The notes under the pieces are model-generated. The model ran no database searches and was not told the DNA's origin. It saw nothing but the letters and a program-made list of their open reading frames with translations. 35,563 bases of DNA from an uncultured Nitrosomonas sp. (lineage in GTDB: Bacteria > Pseudomonadota > Gammaproteobacteria > Burkholderiales > Nitrosomonadaceae), in contig CAYNXU010000001.1 of assembly GCA_964401225.1 (NCBI GenBank), positions 1,218 through 36,780 of the forward strand, given 5' to 3'. Within the stretch, counting starts at the first letter, position 1; every line of letters begins with the position of its first letter. Below are positions 28,507-35,563 of the stretch, one piece after another. The translations under genes and the position numbers were made by a program.

Positions 28507-28534
28507 AAAAAGGACTGGCAACAGTCCTTTTTTT
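28507..28534 (+). terminator. Intrinsic terminator after rplI
   Basis: AAAAAGGACTG-GCAA-CAGTCCTTTTTTT. A possible extended -10 (TGATAGAAT, 28550-28558) for dnaB follows. Confidence 0.88.
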
Positions 28535-28595
28535 ATTCTCATCAATCAATGATAGAATCCTTTTCATTAGTGTATGCCGACTCCGTAAAACTCCC

Positions 28596-29981
28596 ATGGC
28601 TCAATCACCCTTTAGTATCGCGCACAACGAATTAGAAATTTACAAAACCCCACCTCATTCTGTTGAAGCGGAGCAGTCAGTATTAGGTGGATTAATGCTG
28701 GATAACCATGCATGGGACAAAATTGCGGATATTCTCACTCACACTGATTTTTACCGCCAGGATCATCAACTCATTTATCACCACATCTGTAATCTGATAG
28801 AGCAAAACAAGCCCGCCGATGTGATCACTGTCGCTGAATCACTTGAAATTTCAGCTGAATTACAGAATGTTGGCGGACTAGCCTATATTGGCTCAATAGT
28901 ACAAAACACACCCACAGCCGCAAATATACGCCGTTACGCTGAAATTGTACGGGAACGCTCCATCATGCGTAAACTTGCCCAGGTTAGCACTCAAATTGCT
29001 GATTCTGCCTATAATCCGGCAGGACGTTCCGCCTCAAACTTATTAGATGAAGCAGAAAGTAAGATATTTGAAATTGCTGAGTTAGGCGCACGTGGCAAGC
29101 AAGGCTTTATTGACATACAACCACTCCTAAAGCAAGTGGTCGAACGGATAGAAATGCTTTATAGCCGTGACAATCCGAACGATGTGACGGGTATTGCATC
29201 CGGTTTTCATGATTTAGATCAGAAAACCTCAGGCTTTCAACCCGGGGACCTGATCATTGTCGCGGGCAGACCGTCGATGGGCAAAACGGCTTTTTCCCTG
29301 AATATTGCCGAATATGTAGCACTAGAGCTCAATAAACCCACCGCCGTGTTTAGCATGGAGATGGGCGGCGCACAACTGGCCATGCGTATGCTAGGTTCGA
29401 TAGGCAGACTTGATCAACACAAAGTACGCACCGGGCGGTTAGAAGATGAAGACTGGCCCAAACTCACCCATGCCCTGGGCAAACTCAATGATGCCCCTAT
29501 TTTTATCGATGAAAGTGCCGCATTGAATGCATTGGAGCTGAGAGCACGTGCACGACGACTATATCGTCAGCATGGCGAACTGGGTTTAATCGTAGTCGAT
29601 TATCTCCAACTGATGTCATCCCCTACCCAGAGTGAAAACCGCGCCACCGAAATTTCCGAGATCTCACGCTCTCTCAAAGCCCTGGCAAAAGAATTGCAAG
29701 TACCTGTCATTGCCCTGTCACAGCTCAATCGAGGTCTGGAACAGCGCCCAAATAAGCGTCCAGTCATGTCAGATTTACGTGAATCAGGCGCTATCGAGCA
29801 GGATGCCGATGTTATTCTATTTATTTATCGAGATGAAGTATATAACCCGGATACCCAGGATAAAGGAATCGCTGAAATCATCATTGGCAAACAACGTAAT
29901 GGCCCCATAGGGAAAGTTGACTTGACCTTTCTGGGTGAATATACACGATTTGAGAATTGTGCACGTGCTGAATATTATTGA
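28596..29981 (+). CDS. dnaB: Replicative DNA helicase
   Basis: PPHSVEAEQSVLG, AGRPSMGKT, VDYLQLM, LSQLNR, SDLRESGAIEQDAD, KQRNGP; no intein. Confidence 0.99.
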   Translation: MAQSPFSIAHNELEIYKTPPHSVEAEQSVLGGLMLDNHAWDKIADILTHTDFYRQDHQLIYHHICNLIEQNKPADVITVAESLEISAELQNVGGLAYIGSIVQNTPTAANIRRYAEIVRERSIMRKLAQVSTQIADSAYNPAGRSASNLLDEAESKIFEIAELGARGKQGFIDIQPLLKQVVERIEMLYSRDNPNDVTGIASGFHDLDQKTSGFQPGDLIIVAGRPSMGKTAFSLNIAEYVALELNKPTAVFSMEMGGAQLAMRMLGSIGRLDQHKVRTGRLEDEDWPKLTHALGKLNDAPIFIDESAALNALELRARARRLYRQHGELGLIVVDYLQLMSSPTQSENRATEISEISRSLKALAKELQVPVIALSQLNRGLEQRPNKRPVMSDLRESGAIEQDADVILFIYRDEVYNPDTQDKGIAEIIIGKQRNGPIGKVDLTFLGEYTRFENCARAEYY

Positions 29982-29996
29982 TCAGACAGCTTCCTA

Positions 29997-30180
29997 TGAA
30001 ACTGTCTTAGAATAGCAATCGTAGCGAGGAGGAAGCTGGCAAAGCTGGGTTTTTTTGATCATTCTGAGAAATGATAAAAACCGAATTTTGAGGTGCCATG
30101 AGTATATTTTACGAAAAGGATCGGAAAATCCGGCCTGACAGGTTCATCCGTAGTAGATCAGTCTATTTTCGGACAGCCTT
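29997..30180. mobile_element. MITE-like element (~185 bp) between convergent dnaB and comM
   Basis: Imperfect terminal IRs CTGTCTTAGAATAG ... CTATTTTCGGACAG; internal segment 30071-30106 is shared with 5397-5432. Confidence 0.6.
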
Positions 30181-31689
30181 CTAATTCCGGTCTAATCGCC
30201 GATATTGTATAGCTTCAGCGATATGTGCACTGTGAATCTGAGCACTGCTTGCTAAATCGGCAATGGTGCGCGCCAACTTCAAGATACGATGATACGCCCG
30301 TGCAGACATATTCAAACGAGAAATAGCCTGCTCCAATAATCGCTTACCCTGTTCATCCGGTGCGCAGTATTTCTCTATCGCATGCACCTTCAAGCCAGCG
30401 TTAGCGGCATTTTGCCGGGCGAGCTGCCGCTGTCGAGCCACCTCAACGCGCATTCTAACCTGATAGCTCGATTCACCCTCTCTTTGATGTAGCAAATCCT
30501 CCTGCGGTACGGCAGGCACTTCAATCTGCATATCGATGCGATCGAGCAGAGGACCTGATAATTTTCCGCGATAGCGCGCTACCTGATCGGGTGTACAACG
30601 GCACCTTCCCCCATAGTGGCCCAGATAGCCGCAAGGACAGGGATTCATTGCGGCGATTAACTGAAACCGCGCAGGAAAATTAGCTTGCCGTGTTGCACGC
30701 GAGATCGTGATTTGCCCGGACTCGAGTGGCTCGCGCAGCACTTCCAGGACTTTCCGATCAAACTCCGGCAACTCATCCAGAAATAACACACCATGCATAG
30801 CCAGCGAAATTTCACCAGGTCGGGGTAAGCTGCCTCCGCCCACCATAGCTACCGCCGAAGCCGTATGATGAGGCGAACGGAAAGGACGGCGCTTCCAATG
30901 AGCAATATCAAATCGACCACTGGCAAGCGATTGAATGGCGGCGGATTCGAGCGCCTCCTGTTCCGTCATAGAAGGAAGAATAGCAGGGAAACGTTCTGCC
31001 AGCATGGATTTTCCTGTTCCAGGAGGTCCGACCATCAAGAGACTATGGTTACCTGCCGCGGCAATCTCGAGGGCACGTTTGGCTTGCGCCTGACCTTTCA
31101 CCTCTTTCAAATCCGGATGATTCAATTCATCCGTACCCGGACTGGTTTCAGTAATTGCAGCATAAGGTTCCAACCGCTCACGTCCAATGAGATGTGCACA
31201 GATTTGCAACAAGGAAGTTGCAGGATAAACGATAGCCTCTTTAACCAAAGCAGCTTCCGCGGCATTGTGTTGCGGTAAAACAAAACTGCGCCCTGAACGC
31301 GATGCGCCATAAGTCATCGCTAAGGCACCATGAATAGAACGCAATTCTCCGCTTAAGGAGAGCTCACCTACCCATTCATAGCGATCAAGCTTGTCAGCAG
31401 GGATTTGCCCTGTTGCAGCAAGTATCCCGAGTGCGATAGGCAAATCGAATCGACCGCTCTCTTTGGGCAAATCTGCTGGCGCAAGATTGACCGTGATCCG
31501 CTGCGCAGGAAACTTGAATCGACTATTTTGCAGCGCAGCACGCACCCTATCCTTACTTTCCTTTACCTCCGTTTCAGGTAGGCCAACAATCGTAAAGCTG
31601 GGTAAACCATTGGATAGATGCGTTTCCACGGTAACCAGCGGCGCCTCCATGCCGGATAAAGCGCGACTATAAAGGATAGCCAGTGACAT
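30181..31689 (-). CDS. comM: ComM/YifB Mg-chelatase-like AAA+ ATPase
   Basis: IVGLPE..VKES.DRVR, TVNLAPADLPKE..RFDLPIA, GPPGTGKSM, PFRSPHH, GVLFLDELPEF, AAMNPCPCG. Confidence 0.96.
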   Translation of the reverse strand: MSLAILYSRALSGMEAPLVTVETHLSNGLPSFTIVGLPETEVKESKDRVRAALQNSRFKFPAQRITVNLAPADLPKESGRFDLPIALGILAATGQIPADKLDRYEWVGELSLSGELRSIHGALAMTYGASRSGRSFVLPQHNAAEAALVKEAIVYPATSLLQICAHLIGRERLEPYAAITETSPGTDELNHPDLKEVKGQAQAKRALEIAAAGNHSLLMVGPPGTGKSMLAERFPAILPSMTEQEALESAAIQSLASGRFDIAHWKRRPFRSPHHTASAVAMVGGGSLPRPGEISLAMHGVLFLDELPEFDRKVLEVLREPLESGQITISRATRQANFPARFQLIAAMNPCPCGYLGHYGGRCRCTPDQVARYRGKLSGPLLDRIDMQIEVPAVPQEDLLHQREGESSYQVRMRVEVARQRQLARQNAANAGLKVHAIEKYCAPDEQGKRLLEQAISRLNMSARAYHRILKLARTIADLASSAQIHSAHIAEAIQYRRLDRN

Positions 31690-31788
31690 GAAGATGGGGG
31701 AACGCGATAAAAATAGTGCTTGTTATCGGTGAGTTAATCGACGTAAAACAGTTCTGTTGAATAATCTGAAATAAGCACAAAGAAACTG

Positions 31789-32082
31789 CTAGCCTTCATA
31801 ACTGGTATCAGTTGTCACATTATTTGATGAAGCAGGTTTCAGTTGACTTTCCAACGCAGCAACTTTCTCTTCGAGCTCAGTTAATTTTGCACGCGTTCGC
31901 TTGAGCACTTCTTGCTGCACATCAAACTCTTCGCGTGTCACCATATCCAAGCGAGAAAGCATGCTCGTCATCATCGCGCGCATATTCCTTTCGATATCTC
32001 TGGCTGGACTGTGAGCAACGATTTCACTGATTTTAGTGCCAATTTCGTCCAGAACATTTTTATTGATCATTTTTCTCTCCAT
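31789..32082 (-). CDS. ubiK: Ubiquinone biosynthesis accessory factor UbiK (YqiC/BMFP family)
   Basis: LDMVTREEFDVQQEVL.RTR.KL..LE coiled coil; typical position upstream of comM. The start may be a few codons downstream (MINK). Confidence 0.9.
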   Translation of the reverse strand: MERKMINKNVLDEIGTKISEIVAHSPARDIERNMRAMMTSMLSRLDMVTREEFDVQQEVLKRTRAKLTELEEKVAALESQLKPASSNNVTTDTSYEG

Positions 32083-32416
32083 TTATACTCTTTAATTGAT
32101 GACTCAGAGGTTGTGATAAAACATAGCTCCCGCTCTTAAATACAATGGGAACTGCATACAGATTCGTGACAAATCAACTATACTGTAATTTCAAGATAAA
32201 ATCGCATACTTCAAGCAATTAGGCAACACATAAGCTTATGTTCAACGTTATTATAAAATCTCATCCTGTGCGATGATCGCTATCTTTTTAGCGTAAGAGT
32301 CGGTCTTCGACCGCAAGGCGTTTGGAAGAAACATATTAATGCCATCGGAATATAATATTTTTATATTATATATAATCAATTACTTATATTTGTTTCTTGA
32401 AAGAGCTTTTTGATTC

Positions 32417-33427
32417 ATGACTATCGAACGTTTACAATCCCTGGAAAATTGGATAAAAACCGTATTCCCACAAAAGGATTTCACACTCTCCCCCGCTTCT
32501 GCTGACGCCAGTTTCCGCCGTTACTTTCGCATTACGATGAATGAACAAACCATGATTGCCATGGATGCCCCGCCGCAACTGGAAAATTGCGCACCCTTCT
32601 TGCATGCGGCAGAAGTGTTTGCATCAGCCAGCGTCCATGTCCCCACAGTACTTGCGCAAGACCTGGCACAAGGTTTTTTATTGCTCTCGGACCTGGGAAG
32701 CACGACGTATTTACATGCGCTAAAAACGAATCCCGCCATTGCTGACAAACTTTATAGTGATGCCATCGATGCCCTCATCAAAATCCAGTCAATCAGCCGC
32801 ATACAGATATTCCCGGAATACGACGAGACACTACTCAGAAGAGAATTGGATCTCTTTCCGGAGTGGTACATTACCCGGCATCTCCAAGCGACGCTCGATG
32901 AGAAGCTGCACAGGGACTTAGCCACTATCTTCTCACGTATTCTCGAAAATAATCTTGCTCAACCCAGAGTTTTCGTTCATCGCGACTATCATTCCCGCAA
33001 TCTCATGATGACCGCACCCAATCCAGGTATTCTCGATTTCCAGGATGCTGTTTATGGTCCGATTACCTATGATTTGGTGTCATTGTTTAAAGATGCTTAT
33101 ATCCAATGGGAGGAAGAACGTATACTGGATTGGGTCATCCGCTACTGGGAAAAAGCACGTAAAGCAGGTCTCCCTGTAGCGACTAATTTTTCTGATTTTT
33201 TCCATGATTTCGAGTGGATGGGTGTCCAACGCCATCTCAAAGTGCTCGGCATTTTCGCGCGGCTATATCACCGTGACCATAAAGACGCCTATCTCAAGGA
33301 AATACCTTTGGTCATGACTTATTTACGCAAGGCATGCGAGCGTTATCGAGAGCTTCATCTGTTGATTGTGCTACTTGATCAGCTCGAAGATAAACAGCCT
33401 GGCACAAAAATTGGCTATACCTTCTAA
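32417..33427 (+). CDS. amgK: Anomeric MurNAc/GlcNAc kinase (APH-like phosphotransferase)
   Basis: ASADASFRRYFR, MDAPP, LLLSDLG, VHRDYHSRNLM, LDFQDA..GP..YDLVSL, QRHLKVLGIFARL; adjacent to murU. Confidence 0.92.
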   Translation: MTIERLQSLENWIKTVFPQKDFTLSPASADASFRRYFRITMNEQTMIAMDAPPQLENCAPFLHAAEVFASASVHVPTVLAQDLAQGFLLLSDLGSTTYLHALKTNPAIADKLYSDAIDALIKIQSISRIQIFPEYDETLLRRELDLFPEWYITRHLQATLDEKLHRDLATIFSRILENNLAQPRVFVHRDYHSRNLMMTAPNPGILDFQDAVYGPITYDLVSLFKDAYIQWEEERILDWVIRYWEKARKAGLPVATNFSDFFHDFEWMGVQRHLKVLGIFARLYHRDHKDAYLKEIPLVMTYLRKACERYRELHLLIVLLDQLEDKQPGTKIGYTF

Positions 33428-33431
33428 TAAC

Positions 33432-34151
33432 ATGTCAGCCCATCCTTATAAAGCCATGATCCTCGCAGCAGGACGCGGTGAACGCATGCGGCCGCTTACA
33501 GATACAATACCCAAGCCCCTGCTGCGTGCTGGGAATCATATGCTCATTGAGTATCATCTGCAAAATCTGGCACAGGCGGGTTTTAATCATGTCATCATCA
33601 ATCACGCTTACCTTGGCCACGTAATTGAAGCAGCCCTCGGTGACGGTCAACGCTATGGACTGCACATCACTTATTCACAGGAATCCGTAGTGCTGGAAAC
33701 AGCTGGCGGCATCGCTAATGCTCTCCCCCTCCTGACAGACACCGCCGCAAACCAACCCTTCCTGGTCGTCAATGCCGACATCTATTGCCAGTTGGATTAC
33801 ACCACCCTACTGATAGCATTACAGCATTTACACACCCACCCTGACAATGATCTCGCTCATTTGGTTTTAGTCGATAATCCGCCTCATCACTCTGCGGGTG
33901 ATTTCTTTCTGCAACAAGACCGTCTAACCCTAACAGGGCACCACACACTGACTTTTAGTGGTATCGGAGCCTATCACCCCAAACTCTTTGATCCAGTCGC
34001 TCCTGGCAGCGCAACTAAGCTTTCTCCGCTACTGCGCCAGGCAATCTCGGCAAATAAAGTCAGTGGGGAACACTACCAAGGCATGTGGATGGATATTGGA
34101 ACGCCTGAACGGCTGGAAATCCTGGATAAACTGCTTCGTGCAGGGAAATGA
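33432..34151 (+). CDS. murU: N-acetylmuramate alpha-1-phosphate uridylyltransferase
   Basis: KAMILAAGRGERMRPLTD..PKPLL, LETAGGI, LVDNPPHH..GDF, W.DIGTPERL; start at ATG 33432. Confidence 0.92.
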   Translation: MSAHPYKAMILAAGRGERMRPLTDTIPKPLLRAGNHMLIEYHLQNLAQAGFNHVIINHAYLGHVIEAALGDGQRYGLHITYSQESVVLETAGGIANALPLLTDTAANQPFLVVNADIYCQLDYTTLLIALQHLHTHPDNDLAHLVLVDNPPHHSAGDFFLQQDRLTLTGHHTLTFSGIGAYHPKLFDPVAPGSATKLSPLLRQAISANKVSGEHYQGMWMDIGTPERLEILDKLLRAGK

Positions 34152-34189
34152 TAGGATGTTAAGGATCATCCACTGTTAGGTCCCACCCC

Positions 34190-34987
34190 ATGCAATTCAT
34201 CACTTCCCGCGAGCATGCTATCTTCAAGCAACTCGCCAAGTTAGAAAAATCAGCTCGACAACGACGAATAGACGGATTAACACTGCTCGATGGCGTGCAT
34301 CTCATTCAAGCTTATCTTACTGCACAGCAAATGCCTCGCAAGTTAATTGTGAGTGAATCGGGATGCAAACATTTAGAAATCAGATCGTTATTGAGCGGAT
34401 TCAGTAAGCATGCTGAAATTCCTATCACAATGTTCAGCGATGGCTTGTTCAGGCAAATCTCTCCTGTCAAAACGCCTACTGGCATTTTAGCGCTCATTGA
34501 TATTCCCTCATCAGCGCCCAATGCTATTAATGACGATTTAGTATTTTGTGTATTGCTTGAAGCAATCCAAGACCCGGGCAATTTGGGATCTATCCTACGC
34601 TCAGCTGCCGCAGCCGGGGTCAGCGATGTTTATTTGTCCGATGGCTGTGCGGATGCCTGGTCACCGAAAACACTAAGGGCGGCAATGGGCGCGCATTTCT
34701 TATTGACTCTTCACGAACCATCCAACTTGATACAAGTAGCTCAACGATTTAATGGCAGAGTCATTGCCACCACGTTGCAGGCTACCCAGCACCTCTATGA
34801 GACCGACCTCAGCGGTCCGGTCGCCTTTGTATTTGGCAACGAGGGCGCGGGATTGTCGCCACAAATGCTGCAAGCCGCGAATGAACAGGTGACGATTCCA
34901 ATGTATCAACAGACGGAATCACTCAATGCTGCCGCTGCCGCGGCAATATGTTTATTCGAGAAAGTCAGGCAGCAATCCTACCGATGA
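34190..34987 (+). CDS. TrmH/SpoU-family RNA methyltransferase
   Basis: IQDPGNLGSILRSA, FGNEGAGL, IPM...ESLNAAAAAAI SPOUT motifs. Confidence 0.94.
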   Translation: MQFITSREHAIFKQLAKLEKSARQRRIDGLTLLDGVHLIQAYLTAQQMPRKLIVSESGCKHLEIRSLLSGFSKHAEIPITMFSDGLFRQISPVKTPTGILALIDIPSSAPNAINDDLVFCVLLEAIQDPGNLGSILRSAAAAGVSDVYLSDGCADAWSPKTLRAAMGAHFLLTLHEPSNLIQVAQRFNGRVIATTLQATQHLYETDLSGPVAFVFGNEGAGLSPQMLQAANEQVTIPMYQQTESLNAAAAAAICLFEKVRQQSYR

Positions 34988-35011
34988 CCGGATAGACGGA
35001 ATCGAAACTTG

Positions 35012-35223
35012 GGCAAACCGTTGAAAAGCGTATTCGATGCAGCCGACGCAAAGCAAAAACAAGCCACGTAAGCAGAACGCAGCGAAATTAACCATGAGGC
35101 TGGCTCGTAGGACGAGGTGCTAACATCGAGCAAGAAGCGGAGTTTATACCTGATAAATGAGCATTATGAATCTATTGTTAACACCGCAGCGGCAACGCAG
35201 ATAATTTCTCAACAGCCTCCTAA
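35012..35223. mobile_element. MITE-like element (~210 bp)
   Basis: Imperfect terminal IRs CCGTTGAAAA (35018-35027) / TTTCTCAACAG (35205-35215); internal TTTAT...ATAAA hairpin; non-coding, downstream of trmH. Confidence 0.5.
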
Positions 35224-35411
35224 CCAATGGCAAGACTCCTATTTCCATCATCATATCTTACTACCGCGTCATCGGCGCGAATGGCCAACAAGTTGGTTAC
35301 GATGGTAATCTCCCACGTAAATAGCGAAACAATAAGTAACAAGCAATTTGGCAGATCAAAGAGTTACACCAACAAGCTCATAAAACGGGAATCAGTTCTC
35401 AACTTGTTTTA

Positions 35412-35563
35412 TCACACTTCGTAAGGTTCTGGATCATCAGCCACGGGGGGTTTTGGCTCCGATGAGACATCAATCTGCGTACCATTACCAATTGCCCCGG
35501 GTATTTTTGGCGTGTTGCATACCACGTCAGCATTTTGCGCGCGATGACGCAAGGCATGATCCA
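35412..35563 (-). CDS. 3' end of an unidentified CDS running off the window
   Basis: Open frame ...DHALRHRAQNADVVCNTPKIPGAIGNGTQIDVSSEPKPPVADDPEPYEV followed by tandem stops TGA TAA; family not recognised. Confidence 0.45.
   Translation of the reverse strand, partial: DHALRHRAQNADVVCNTPKIPGAIGNGTQIDVSSEPKPPVADDPEPYEV

Noticed and set aside
35117-35424. Short plus-strand ORFs after trmH
   Set aside because: They overlap the MITE-like repeat or spacer, have no RBS and show no recognisable protein features.
1-35563. Carboxysome genes, cbbR, CRISPR arrays, tRNA/rRNA, intact transposases or prophage genes
   Set aside because: None seen. The hairpins found are not regularly spaced repeats; cbbR may lie upstream of the window.

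Overview
Betaproteobacterial chemolithoautotroph chromosome segment; Nitrosomonas-like is an inference from gene content and repeat style. The left end holds a non-carboxysomal Form IA(q) RuBisCO cluster (cbbL partial, cbbS, cbbQ, cbbO), two conserved-looking hypotheticals and an ATM1-like ABC transporter. The centre (7.8-25.5 kb, minus strand) holds a large inorganic-carbon acquisition locus. In transcription order: a ColRS-like two-component system, a STAS-less SulP, a USP, NuoM-like #1, DabA (DUF2309), NuoL/DabB-like, NuoM-like #2 and #3, a CsoSCA-like beta carbonic anhydrase lacking the N-terminal domain, an unannotated 24-aa single-TM ORF, and a second STAS-less SulP paralog. The standout is an expanded DAB-type complex with four antiporter-like membrane subunits. 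Its NuoL-like subunit appears to lack TM12-15 but keeps a long complex-I-type lateral helix, and the operon promoter carries a ColR-box-like direct repeat. The right end is housekeeping: hemE, rpsF-priB-rpsR-rplI-dnaB, comM, ubiK, amgK, murU and a TrmH methyltransferase. Several short MITE/REP-like intergenic repeats are present. All family assignments come from motif recognition by eye; no database searches were run.
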